44,773 bases of DNA from a virus. How positions within the stretch are numbered: position 1 is the stretch's first letter; every line of letters begins with the position of its first letter. Below are positions 15,671-24,844 of the stretch, piece by piece. The notes under the pieces were generated by a model. The model ran no database searches, was not told where the DNA came from, and saw only the letters and a program-made list of their open reading frames with translations. The translations under genes were made by a program, and so were the position numbers. Where the stretch lies: the IMG/VR virus record IMGVR_UViG_3300024992_000010; one strand, 5' to 3'.

Positions 15671-18600
15671 CTATGAGCCCTGGATGCGCGCATCGATCAC
15701 CGCGTCCGCCAGGGCATTGCTTGCGTTGTAAATCTTGATGCGCGGACCCACGCTGTTATCTTTGTCGATCAGCACCCAGCTCCATCCCGCGCCCACGTTC
15801 TGCAGCGCGCTCACCGCCGCCTGGCGGATCACGCTATACGATTTGGTGATGGGAAGCCGAACATCGCCCACACCGAGGCGATACGCTCCGGTGAGCGTGG
15901 CGGTGTTCAGATCGTTGATATCTTCCGTGATGGGTTCTCCGGAGAGCTTGATATCCATCTGTGTCAGGCGCGGGGAACTCCCGGTGAGCGTGGCGCGAAT
16001 CTTGATGTAGCGGGCGGTAACGAGCGGCCCGACCGTAGCCCAGGCGCTGTAACTCACGTTATCGTCGCTATGAGCCTCTTCTATCGTCTGCGTGCCATCC
16101 CCGACTGCAGAAACCAGCGGAGTGAATGGCAGCGACACACCCAGGTCGATGACTGGATGCTCATAGGTGATGCTGCCTGCCGGGGTCAGCACCCATGCCG
16201 TATAGGCATCCCAGCTCGTGAGATCGGCCCAGGTAGTGGTATCCATCGCCGACAAGGCGCCGCTTTCCGGTTCGACCAGGCAGTTCGTTTTGGTGCCCGG
16301 CCATCCGAGCATATGCGGATAGACGCTGTAGAGTATCCCCGCCATGCGCGGATCCGGCAGGTCAGCCGTGATAAATACGGCATTCTCAGACTCGTTGCCC
16401 GAATCGTCGAATCCCTTGACCGCAAAGGTGTAGGTGCCTGCGGAGAGCAGGTTCGTTTCATAGGGGGACGCGGTCAGCAGGCCATTATGGAGGGGAGACA
16501 GGTCTGCCCAGTAATCGGTCCATCCGGTTCCCAGTCGGTACCGGATGGCATATCCTGCGAAATCAGGCGGGGATATGCCCGGCATTGCCATGTCGAACTG
16601 GCGCGTCCCGTCCGGCTGCGCCGAGATCAGGAAGGTCTGCACATCCGGGGGTGGCGCCGCGAACGGGTCTCCAACCCACTCGGACCATTGCCCCACGCCA
16701 AGGCCCACCCCCGCCACGCGCACCCGCACCGGCCCGCGCTGCGCCGGGATTGACGCATTGGTGGCTGATGCGATTCCCGCCCGCTGCCAGCTGCTGCCAT
16801 CGTTGTACGACCATTCGACATAGTAATGATCGGCTCCCGCCGCAGGCACCCAGGAGATAAGCAGCAACGGTGTGCCGGCGGTGCCTCCCAGCGTGACATT
16901 CACGCCGCTAACATGCGGACGCGTGATTTGCGCCGGCAGATTCCATGCGGTGGAAGGCGGCGGGGCTGTGCCGGTGTCGGCTGTATGGACGGCGGGATCC
17001 TCTACGACGAACGAGAGTTCGACGCGTTCCATCGAGCGGGGGCGAGGCGAGATGACCCGCACTTGCTGATAGAAGCTGGTAGCGGGACCGAATACGTAGG
17101 ATGTGCGCTCCCGGTCGCGGCCGGTATCAGGAGTGAAATCCAGCGCCGTGCTCAGCACGGCATGGTGATCATCCACGCCTGCCGTGGCGCTCCACGGACT
17201 GGACAGGCTGCCGTCACGCTTGCGGAACCCGAAATAATGCGTGCCGGTCGCCCATGCCAGCGGCTCGGAAAGCGTCAGGGTTTTCGTCGCGGCATCATAG
17301 GCCACCACATCACCCGATTGTCCCCAGCCTGGGCGATCACGCTGCAGCGCCACCAGGTCTCCAGGCAAGGGGATAAATCCCTCCATCTCGGTCGTCAGCG
17401 ATGGCAGGATGCGCCGGTAGCGGTTGCTGGCCGCCTCGTACATCCCCTCGCGCCAGGCCTGGTTATGGCTGGTTACGCCAAAGAGGGTCAGCTTTGCCGG
17501 CTGGTCAGCGCTGTATCCGGGCAACTGGCATAGCACCTCTTTTTGCGTCCAGGTGGTCTCATCGAAATACTCGACGATCACGGAATCAGCGGTTTCATCC
17601 CCGCTCATGACGTAGTCAGTTTTGAACGAGCCGCGCACGGTGTTGCGCATGTTGAATAGCGCCACCGGCATGGTGGCCGGCTCATCCCGAAAGAAGCGGA
17701 TCACCATGCCGTGCTGGAACCATTTCGCCCTGCCGGCGCGTGCCGTTGCGGTCAATGCCTCGCCGAATGTCATCTGCGAATCGAATATGGCATCGAACCT
17801 GTCCCCGCGCGCAGTCCAGGCGGCATCCTTCGCCAGCAGCCATGCGAGGTCGTAGCGGCTGTCCGGCAAACGCGTCTTGCAGATATACGCCAATGCCCAG
17901 GCGATCGAGCGCGTATGCGTAGGTTGGCTCCAGGTTGTCCCGTTCCAGACGGGCAAACGGCGCTTGGCGATGAGATTGATCTTGCGCGAGGATTCCTGCG
18001 AAAGGCTGTTGGTCGCGCGCATGCGCACCGCCAGCATGGTCACATCCGGATAAGCCTGTGAAGAAGGAATATATCCGCGCAAACCAGTCCACATCACGTC
18101 ATGCCCTACGCGTGTGGATTCATCCTTGGTATCTTTCCGGGTCAGGCGCGCTTCGTAGCGACCGGGGCCCACGCTGAATTTATAGGTGCGGCGTATCGGC
18201 GTGGCGGTCGCATCCGTGATCTGGATCGGCTGGACGGTCGCGACATAGCTGCGTGGCGGATGCGGGTCCGAACCAAAAGGCATCCAGCGCCAATTTTCCT
18301 GGTACACGATTCCACCCACGAAGATCGTGCCTATGAGCTCACCGGAATAATGGTCCGCGGGATTGGTGCTTCCGTATCCGGTCTGCGTCCATGGAGCGGT
18401 TGTGCCGAATATAAAAGTCGAGGCGTAACCTCTGGACCAGTAGCCGGAATAATAGTAGGTGTTGGTCTCCTCAATCGCCTGCCAGTTGCCGATCGGCGCG
18501 CCGATATCATCCACGGTGCGTATCTCGAGGGAGACCAGCACGCTCATTTGCGTCAGACCGCCATTGTCCGTGGCGTAGTACAGGCCACGCGGACAAACCA

Positions 18601-19444
18601 CATCGACCGCAATGGTGTTGATCTGCGAGCCGGGGGGATTGATAACGAAAGGTCCAACGGTGGTATTCGTCAGCAGCTCCTGCCCGGCCACCTCCCCTGC
18701 CGTCACCACGTTGACGGGAAAGAGCGTCACCGGCTGGCCGGGGCCGAGCCATTCATAGGTCACTTCCGGGAAACTCGCGATCGGCGTGTCCTCGATGCTC
18801 AGCGATTCGAAATCGTAGTAGCCGCGCCCGATCACGAAGAGCTGGTAGAGATACTGTTCGTTTCCCGCGAATTCTGTATACGGTTCTGCGCCGAAATCCG
18901 GGTAGATCAGGTGCCTGCCGAATATTTCCGGGACTGCCTCGCCTATGCGAGCACGATTGCCCTGCGCTCCCAGGCTATAGGTCGGAGAGGGAGAAGCCTG
19001 CGCCTGAAACTGCAGGGGGCTCGGTTTTCTCGGCGAGCCCATGAGTGCATTCAGCATATTCGAGCCGACGGCGAACACGATACCGGAAACGATCATCTCG
19101 CCAGTAATACTCCCGATCAATGGCCCGGATATTCCCAGAAGCGGCGCCAACGCTCCACCAGTTGCTACCGCAGCGACCGCCATCGCCAGCATCAGAACAA
19201 TCTTGAGAATGAGCGATCCGCCGCCTTTTCCCAGCGGCCGGATGACGAAGCTGACGATATCGCCATCCTCTATGCAGCGATCCCATCCTCTTTTCTCACG
19301 CAGAACCGGCACGCCATTGACGATGCAGATCATCGGCAAGTCGCTCTTCGGAGCCAGAGCGCGGATACGCCGGCGGCGCGTAATCTGGAAAGTCTCCCGT
19401 TCCCCGGAAAGCTCGCTCCTGACGATGACGACATTAGCCCGCAC
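15671..19444 (-). CDS. Tail tip/host-specificity protein (lambda J-like) fused in frame to an N-terminal lambda I-like tail assembly domain
   Basis: The GTG at 19444 is preceded by GGGAGGGGGAG. The N-terminal ~130 aa carry an I-like ubiquitin-fold motif plus a hydrophobic segment. Then comes the J-like ...NRARIGEAVPEIFGRHLIYPD... region, and the size fits J. The upstream 88 codons of the 1345-aa ORF overlap the K-like gene. Confidence 0.8.
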   Translation of the reverse strand: MRANVVIVRSELSGERETFQITRRRRIRALAPKSDLPMICIVNGVPVLREKRGWDRCIEDGDIVSFVIRPLGKGGGSLILKIVLMLAMAVAAVATGGALAPLLGISGPLIGSITGEMIVSGIVFAVGSNMLNALMGSPRKPSPLQFQAQASPSPTYSLGAQGNRARIGEAVPEIFGRHLIYPDFGAEPYTEFAGNEQYLYQLFVIGRGYYDFESLSIEDTPIASFPEVTYEWLGPGQPVTLFPVNVVTAGEVAGQELLTNTTVGPFVINPPGSQINTIAVDVVCPRGLYYATDNGGLTQMSVLVSLEIRTVDDIGAPIGNWQAIEETNTYYYSGYWSRGYASTFIFGTTAPWTQTGYGSTNPADHYSGELIGTIFVGGIVYQENWRWMPFGSDPHPPRSYVATVQPIQITDATATPIRRTYKFSVGPGRYEARLTRKDTKDESTRVGHDVMWTGLRGYIPSSQAYPDVTMLAVRMRATNSLSQESSRKINLIAKRRLPVWNGTTWSQPTHTRSIAWALAYICKTRLPDSRYDLAWLLAKDAAWTARGDRFDAIFDSQMTFGEALTATARAGRAKWFQHGMVIRFFRDEPATMPVALFNMRNTVRGSFKTDYVMSGDETADSVIVEYFDETTWTQKEVLCQLPGYSADQPAKLTLFGVTSHNQAWREGMYEAASNRYRRILPSLTTEMEGFIPLPGDLVALQRDRPGWGQSGDVVAYDAATKTLTLSEPLAWATGTHYFGFRKRDGSLSSPWSATAGVDDHHAVLSTALDFTPDTGRDRERTSYVFGPATSFYQQVRVISPRPRSMERVELSFVVEDPAVHTADTGTAPPPSTAWNLPAQITRPHVSGVNVTLGGTAGTPLLLISWVPAAGADHYYVEWSYNDGSSWQRAGIASATNASIPAQRGPVRVRVAGVGLGVGQWSEWVGDPFAAPPPDVQTFLISAQPDGTRQFDMAMPGISPPDFAGYAIRYRLGTGWTDYWADLSPLHNGLLTASPYETNLLSAGTYTFAVKGFDDSGNESENAVFITADLPDPRMAGILYSVYPHMLGWPGTKTNCLVEPESGALSAMDTTTWADLTSWDAYTAWVLTPAGSITYEHPVIDLGVSLPFTPLVSAVGDGTQTIEEAHSDDNVSYSAWATVGPLVTARYIKIRATLTGSSPRLTQMDIKLSGEPITEDINDLNTATLTGAYRLGVGDVRLPITKSYSVIRQAAVSALQNVGAGWSWVLIDKDNSVGPRIKIYNASNALADAVIDARIQGS

Positions 19445-19841
19445 GGCACTCCCCCTCCCACCGCCAGAATCTGAGGAGCGGCCATTCCGACCGCACCACG
19501 AACCGGTTGGAGAACACCACGCCCGCTCCCTGCAGGCAATGCAGCACCCCGCCATGGTCCGTATCCACCCATACGCCGATGTGCGTGATGGATTTTCCGG
19601 TGCCCATCTCGACGCAATCCCCCTCGGAAGGCGTTGTGGTTTCCTGCCAGTTCCGGCGCGCGGGATGGCGATGCAGCAGGCGCACCCACCCCATGGGCCG
19701 GTCTTCATTCATCATGACTTGCGGCAAGTCCCGCCCGAAATGCTCGAGCTGGATGTGCCGCACGAAATTCCAGCAGTTATAGGCATGCGGCCCGGCAGCA
19801 CCACGCTCCCATGGAATGCCCACGTATTCGTTCCACTTCAT
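19434..19841 (-). CDS. NlpC/P60-domain tail protein (lambda K-like)
   Basis: 135 aa. Catalytic Cys context YNCWNFV and His context ITHIGVW. Sits between the L-like and I/J-like genes. Confidence 0.75.
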   Translation of the reverse strand: MKWNEYVGIPWERGAAGPHAYNCWNFVRHIQLEHFGRDLPQVMMNEDRPMGWVRLLHRHPARRNWQETTTPSEGDCVEMGTGKSITHIGVWVDTDHGGVLHCLQGAGVVFSNRFVVRSEWPLLRFWRWEGECRAG

Positions 19842-20380
19842 CGTGCCAGCCCCGGGTAGGCAGTGGTCGTATAAGTTGCATCCGGAAATTTGAGATTTGC
19901 CGGATCTCCGAAATTCGCCCGGGCTTCAACCTGCTGATCGGTTGCCGAGGCACCGGCCAGCGTCATGGTCAAAGGGGGAATGTTTTGTGGCGTGGTCAGG
20001 TCGCTGGCCAGATAGGCGCGATACGTAACTTCAATCTTGTAAGGGGAGGCGGTGCCCAATGCCAGATTAGCCTCGATTTCCGTACTGACGTTGTCCATCG
20101 TGATCACCAGCTCAGGGGAACTGGCGATGCGTGTTTCCGGCAGCGTCATGCCGAAACTGAATGCGATGAATGTCACGAATTCGCCCGGATTGAGCGGCGC
20201 ACCAACCTCCAGTTTTGCTTCCAGATCAGCGTGGCCGAGCACCACGCGAATAGCGGTCGGTTGGCCGACCTCATCAATGAAATTGGGGTGGCGGAATTCG
20301 AGCGTATGCAGCATCACTTCGCCGGCGGGCGCGGTGGCCGCCGCTTCCTTCCATGCTTGTGAAATCGTCGGATCAGGCAT
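19838..20380 (-). CDS. Minor tail protein (DUF1833 / lambda L position)
   Basis: 180 aa. ...VMLHTLEFRHPNF... pattern. Synteny with lambda H-M-L-K-I-J. Confidence 0.6.
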   Translation of the reverse strand: MPDPTISQAWKEAAATAPAGEVMLHTLEFRHPNFIDEVGQPTAIRVVLGHADLEAKLEVGAPLNPGEFVTFIAFSFGMTLPETRIASSPELVITMDNVSTEIEANLALGTASPYKIEVTYRAYLASDLTTPQNIPPLTMTLAGASATDQQVEARANFGDPANLKFPDATYTTTAYPGLAR

Positions 20381-20729
20381 CGCTCACCTCGATATCCCCC
20401 GATACCTGCCAATTCATGCCGGGCAGCGCCTGGTATTTGTACGGCTTGGTGAAACGCACGTCGTACGCGGCCATGCCGCTGCCCAGGTCCAGTGTAAGGG
20501 TCAGCCAGTCCGTGCCATAGTTCAGATCCTGGATCCAGAACAAGCGGAAAATTCCCATTTCCGTCGCCGTAAATTTCCAGGTAATGGTCAACTCTTCCGG
20601 CACATCGGTAAAGCGGCGCCGCTGGCGCGCAGTGCCCGCATCCATGTCCGTGCGCACGAACGCCTGGACGGGTGAGCCGCCGTATCCGGAAAGCGTTGGC
20701 GGCGGCAGGGGGGCGGGCCACGTGGCCAT
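20373..20729 (-). CDS. Minor tail protein (lambda M position)
   Basis: The ATG at 20729 shares one nucleotide with the tape-measure TGA (TGATG). 118 aa. The longer 246-aa ORF overlaps the tape-measure C-terminus. Confidence 0.6.
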   Translation of the reverse strand: MATWPAPLPPPTLSGYGGSPVQAFVRTDMDAGTARQRRRFTDVPEELTITWKFTATEMGIFRLFWIQDLNYGTDWLTLTLDLGSGMAAYDVRFTKPYKYQALPGMNWQVSGDIEVSDA

Positions 20730-22921
20730 CAGCGCATCACCCCTGCCGCGGGATTGAGGCCATACTTGCCTTCCAGGATGGGGGCCAGTCCATTGCCGCG
20801 CATGATGTTGCGCCCCATCTTGCCCTCTATCTGCTCGACCATGACGTCCAAGGTCAGATTTCCATTTTCGTCCTGGCGCTGCTGGGCCTGACCGCCATTG
20901 CCGGGGGATTCGATCAGATTCAGCTGCACACTGACGCTGGCGCCGGTTCCCTGCACGCCGAGCTGACCGTTGGCGCCGCGCTTGAGGGGGAATATGCCTT
21001 CCGGACCAGCTTCGCCCGCCACGCCGAGGCGCCCGCCATTGCCGAAGAGGAAAGGGGTGATTCGATCGATGATGCCGCCGTCGGCAAAATAGCTCATGGC
21101 ACCATCGAACCACGCACCTTTCGCGGCGAAACCAGTGAGGCCGCCACCGGATACGCCCGTCTTGCCGCCAGCACCCCCGCCAAACAGGCCATTCAGAAAG
21201 CTTCCGAGGAAACCATCCGTTACTTTCTCAAGCATGCCGAGAATCGGCTTTGTGACCAGCTGCCGCGCCAGCATCCTCTCCACGTCGCGCTCGAGTCCCA
21301 GCAGCACGTCAGTGAATTTCTGGCCACTGGAGATGGCATTCTCGAATGCGCTGGTGAATTGCAGCCCCAGGCTCTTGACCAGGTCGGAAGTTTTCTCGGT
21401 CCCCTGTTGCACCGATTGCTGCGCTTTCTTCATGCGCAGCTCGTAATTCTGCGTTTCCTGGTCGATCAGGGCCTGCACCTGGTCGCTTTCCAGCTTCATG
21501 CCACTGATCCGGTCCAGTGAGCGCTGGTGTTCCAGCGCCAGCTGCGCCAGCACCCGCTCTTTATCGGACTGGATCAGTCCCACGTTGAGGCTCTGGTTTT
21601 CCTCGAGGAGTTTTCTTGACGAATCCTCGAATGCCTTGGCCCGCTCCACCTGGTTAGCCTGATCGATCGTGGTTTGCAGATAAGTTTTTACTGCGGGATC
21701 AAGATGGGAATAAGCATCGACCTTGTCCTGGAGTACCTGCAGATGGGATTTCTCGCCTTCTGTAAGCTCACTTACTTCTTTTATCAACTGGGCAATGTCC
21801 CGGATTTCATCCAGGTAAACCGAATCTCCTACACTGCTCGATGAAGTTTTTTTGGTGGAAGTTTTTCTGCCAGGCTTGAGGATGCTCTCAAGTACGGCAT
21901 CACTCGGGGGAGCCTTCGGGATATTAGCGGAAGGTGCAGGATTCAGCCTCGACTCCAGGCCCGCTTTCTCGATACCCAGCGCTTTGAGGCGCGGAATTAG
22001 CGCCTGCGTATGCGCTGCCGTCGCCATATCCCCGGACAGGAATACATTGATTTCGGTCAGCTCGCGCTTGACCTCTTCCAGGCGATCCCGTGCCTTGGAA
22101 ATGTCATCAATCCCAAATGCATGTGCTGCCAAGCCCTTCATTCCTGCCCATACGGCACTCAGCAGTCCACTTTCCCGCGCTGCGGCGCGCATCGATGCCA
22201 ATATGTCATTGAGATGCGGTAAAAGAGTGGTTGCAAGGGATGCTCCAAGTCCGCTGGCGGAAAGTCTTAGTTCTGCCAGTTGGCTATTGAACAGGTTTGA
22301 TTGCTTCGCCAGATCGGAAGTAATCGGATTCAGCTCCCGGCCGCGCTCGAGGAGTTTCCGTAACCCTTCCTCGCCCTCCGCGAGCAATGGCATCAAATCC
22401 TGATAAGACCCCTTCAGAACTTCATTGGCCAAAGCCATCTTGCGCGGATCGTCATCTGACATGCGGGATAGCACGCCGGCGAGCTGGATCAACACGTCCT
22501 CGGAGGTTTTGCCCGTTATGCCCAGCTTCTCCAGGTTGTCGTTATGCTCAACCATGTACTTGGAGACATTCTTGAGTCCCTTTGCCAGGCCATCCAACTT
22601 GGTATCGGATTGCGTAGTGGCAAGCTCCCAGGCGCCAAGCTGCTCTGCCGATAATCCGGTTTTTTTGGAGAGAGTCTCCATGGCATCAGCAGTCGTGATA
22701 ACGTTCCTCGCAGCTCCCAATGCGCCAAGTGCGACCACCCCCATGGCTGCGGCAGTGGCCGCACCAGCTGTGGCAGCTATCCCGCCGAGACGGGACAGTA
22801 CCGCATTTGATGACGAAATCTCCTGGGTCAGGTCACGCGTAATTTTCTTGGCTTCATCCGCACCCCGGCGGTAACCGGAGGGATCGGCCGTGATATCGAT
22901 GTTGACGTCTTTGTCGGTCAA
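20729..22921 (-). CDS. Tail tape measure protein
   Basis: About 730 aa. Ala/Gly-rich hydrophobic segment followed by long coiled-coil repeats. The proposed TTG start at 22921 overlaps the stop of the DUF2829 ORF. The start is uncertain. Confidence 0.8.
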   Translation of the reverse strand: MTDKDVNIDITADPSGYRRGADEAKKITRDLTQEISSSNAVLSRLGGIAATAGAATAAAMGVVALGALGAARNVITTADAMETLSKKTGLSAEQLGAWELATTQSDTKLDGLAKGLKNVSKYMVEHNDNLEKLGITGKTSEDVLIQLAGVLSRMSDDDPRKMALANEVLKGSYQDLMPLLAEGEEGLRKLLERGRELNPITSDLAKQSNLFNSQLAELRLSASGLGASLATTLLPHLNDILASMRAAARESGLLSAVWAGMKGLAAHAFGIDDISKARDRLEEVKRELTEINVFLSGDMATAAHTQALIPRLKALGIEKAGLESRLNPAPSANIPKAPPSDAVLESILKPGRKTSTKKTSSSSVGDSVYLDEIRDIAQLIKEVSELTEGEKSHLQVLQDKVDAYSHLDPAVKTYLQTTIDQANQVERAKAFEDSSRKLLEENQSLNVGLIQSDKERVLAQLALEHQRSLDRISGMKLESDQVQALIDQETQNYELRMKKAQQSVQQGTEKTSDLVKSLGLQFTSAFENAISSGQKFTDVLLGLERDVERMLARQLVTKPILGMLEKVTDGFLGSFLNGLFGGGAGGKTGVSGGGLTGFAAKGAWFDGAMSYFADGGIIDRITPFLFGNGGRLGVAGEAGPEGIFPLKRGANGQLGVQGTGASVSVQLNLIESPGNGGQAQQRQDENGNLTLDVMVEQIEGKMGRNIMRGNGLAPILEGKYGLNPAAGVMR

Positions 22922-23196
22922 GAGACTATGCCCCAGTCGTTCGCCAGCATGTCGGTCTGACTGCAAAGCCACGGAACGATCTCTCCGGTCGCCGTCTTCA
23001 TATCCACGTGCGCGTGATACTTGATATCCGTGCCTTCTGGGTAGATACCGAGCAATGGTGGACGATTCACTTTGAAGATACTTCCAGGAACCAGGAAGAG
23101 AAACATTCCCTTTCCATTCCAACCATCACGGGAGACTTTCTTTCCCAGTTTCAGTGCTTCAAGTGCTTGCCCAAAATCCATATCATTTGCCTTCAT
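22918..23196 (-). CDS. DUF2829 (Tad2-family) small protein; anti-Thoeris sponge candidate
   Basis: 92 aa. MDFGQALEALKLGKKVSRDGWNGKGMFLFL...VPWLCSQTDMLANDWGIV matches the DUF2829 hallmark. Confidence 0.7.
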   Translation of the reverse strand: MKANDMDFGQALEALKLGKKVSRDGWNGKGMFLFLVPGSIFKVNRPPLLGIYPEGTDIKYHAHVDMKTATGEIVPWLCSQTDMLANDWGIVS

Positions 23197-23470
23197 ACAT
23201 GCACTCCAGCGCGGCGCGCTCCATCAAACGAAAATCGGGGAATATGTCTCGCCTCTCTTTGCGCTTCACGCCGAGCACGGAATACACGCTCGACAGTGAG
23301 CCGTAATTCAGGCCGACCGGGCCGCTGAAAGCCATGATCCATTGCGTCATCATGTGCTTGAAGACCATGACAACGGCCCAGTTTTCCGGCCAGACCGCGA
23401 AATCCCCATCATGCACTTCGCCTTCCCATCGCAGCCCGAGCGCGGCAAGCTCTTCACTATCGCATGGCAC
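23183..23470 (-). CDS. T segment of the tail assembly chaperone (DUF1799-like), reached by a -1 frameshift from the G ORF
   Basis: VWPENWAVVMVFKHMMTQW...GLNYGSL...LMERAAL pattern. This frame is open continuously from the slippery site. Confidence 0.7.
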   Translation of the reverse strand: MPCDSEELAALGLRWEGEVHDGDFAVWPENWAVVMVFKHMMTQWIMAFSGPVGLNYGSLSSVYSVLGVKRKERRDIFPDFRLMERAALECMYEGK

Positions 23471-23511
23471 CTGGCTGTCCGGTCCACGGACCAGCCAGCG
23501 GGCGGCCTCAA

Positions 23512-23859
23512 TCAGTTTTTTTCCCGGGCCTTCATGAGATGATCGCTCCAGGCCGTCACGATGTCGGCAAAGGGAGCGGGATAGTTCTCCATGAGGTCGG
23601 TGAAAATTTGTGCCGATGCTTCGACTTTGACGTCAGCCTCGTCCTGTACGCTGGCGACGATATCGAGCAACGTTTCAGCGGCCGGGCGCTGGCTATCCTT
23701 AAGTCCTTCAAGCCACGCGCGAGCTGCTGACTTTCCCATATGCCTGTATTCCAGTTTCAGCATGAGCGAAGGCGCATCGCCGTGCGCGCGAATCTCCTGA
23801 TCCCCCATGAAGGTCGGCGCCGGCGCGATTTTCAGCTTGGGTTCTTTCATCGGCTTCAT
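23512..23859 (-). CDS. Tail assembly chaperone (lambda G-like)
   Basis: 115 aa. Sits between the major tail gene and the tape measure. Ends ...GAA AAA AAC TGA with a slippery heptamer. Confidence 0.7.
   Translation of the reverse strand: MKPMKEPKLKIAPAPTFMGDQEIRAHGDAPSLMLKLEYRHMGKSAARAWLEGLKDSQRPAAETLLDIVASVQDEADVKVEASAQIFTDLMENYPAPFADIVTAWSDHLMKAREKN
23515..23521 (-). other. Programmed -1 ribosomal frameshift site A_AAA_AAC
   Basis: The heptamer is in the zero frame and its last codon is immediately followed by the G-ORF stop codon. The -1 frame reads LIEAARWLVRGPDSQVPCDSEE... into the 23183..23470 ORF. Confidence 0.7.
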
Positions 23860-24818
23860 ATGGCCACGATCCTGAGTTCATCATTGCCGCTCGCTCCAGG
23901 GACCACCCGCAGGTTATATTTGGATAGCGCGCGACCGTTCAGATCCGACTCTGCGGGGGTGATGAACTGTACCGCTGGCATGTAAAGCAGCACCTTGTTG
24001 CCTGCCACTGTGCCATGTACCAGGCCCAGGCTCTGGGTGCTGTTTGCCTTCACGCTCGTCATGAATGCCACTTCCTGTGCGGCGGTCAGATCGAGCTCCA
24101 ATGTGCCGCCGATCTGCCTGTTGGTGACATCGATGCTCTCCCCGCCGAGCAAGGGCGTATGAACCACATCATTGGCAAATGGCAGCTCAAGGCCACGTGA
24201 GGGGTAGCTAGTTCCGCCGGACAATGCGCCCGCTGCATAGGTGCAACCGAATGTCAGGTCACCGGTATTTGCGTCGCTGACGGACAAAGGCGTTTTCCAT
24301 GCCGAGAGCGTGAGGCTGGGATTGGCCGCCGCAGTCATGTTTCCGTCCAGGCCCATGAACTTGAAAGAAAACACCGGGCGGGTGCCGATACCGGCTTTGA
24401 GCGTGCAATCGCCGCGCGCGCCGAGGAGCTTGTGTAGGACGCCTGAGCGGTAATAATAAATCGTCAGTGATTCCTGTGAATCGGTAATGGGCGTGTAATC
24501 CGCACTTACCCCGGCGTTGAGCGTTTCAGCGAAAGCACAGGCACGCAGCAGCACTCCCCATGCTGGCGCCGTGCCGGCGGTGCCGCTGCCTGCAAGCTCC
24601 ACATCGAAACTGATTTCCTTGTAAACCGTACCGATCAGCTGCTCGGAAGAACCGAAAAAGGGACGGATAAGATCCCGATCGATATTGTTTGAATTCAGCG
24701 GGTTCACAGAAAGATTGGAAATCAATACCGCATTGGCGGAGCCTGTGGGCGCCGCATCCGTAGCGTAGGTCGTTTCTATCTTTGCCAGGACGGCCGAATT
24801 GCGTGTATAGCGTGCCAT
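23856..24818 (-). CDS. Major tail (tube) protein
   Basis: 320 aa. Sits upstream of G/G-T. Beta-rich composition. AGGAGA Shine-Dalgarno. Confidence 0.65.
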   Translation of the reverse strand: MARYTRNSAVLAKIETTYATDAAPTGSANAVLISNLSVNPLNSNNIDRDLIRPFFGSSEQLIGTVYKEISFDVELAGSGTAGTAPAWGVLLRACAFAETLNAGVSADYTPITDSQESLTIYYYRSGVLHKLLGARGDCTLKAGIGTRPVFSFKFMGLDGNMTAAANPSLTLSAWKTPLSVSDANTGDLTFGCTYAAGALSGGTSYPSRGLELPFANDVVHTPLLGGESIDVTNRQIGGTLELDLTAAQEVAFMTSVKANSTQSLGLVHGTVAGNKVLLYMPAVQFITPAESDLNGRALSKYNLRVVPGASGNDELRIVAI

Positions 24819-24844
24819 GCGAGTCTCCTATGGTTGCGCCGCGA

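Noticed and set aside
18101-19474. Long plus-strand ORFs (457 aa here; also 93-635, 16070-16753, 16826-17533, 19041-19859, 20052-20675, 20672-21520, 34267-35025 and others).
   Set aside because: They lie antisense to minus-strand genes that have clear family motifs. Their translations are Arg/Ala/Pro-rich and low in complexity, and they lack ribosome-binding sites. These are typical shadow ORFs in GC-rich coding DNA.
19445-19708. N-terminal 88 codons of the 1345-aa J-like ORF.
   Set aside because: They overlap the NlpC/P60 K-like gene out of frame and are Cys/Arg/Gly-rich. A GTG with a strong Shine-Dalgarno at 19444 begins the recognisable I-like sequence.
20730-21113. Upstream 128 codons of the 246-aa ORF at the M-like gene.
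   Set aside because: They overlap the tape-measure C-terminus out of frame and are Arg/Gly/Pro-rich. The ATG at 20729 is coupled to the tape-measure stop.
22922-23122. N-terminal extension of the tape-measure ORF.
   Set aside because: It overlaps the DUF2829 ORF out of frame and has implausible composition. The typical tape-measure N-terminus (DVNIDITADPSG...) begins at the TTG at 22921.
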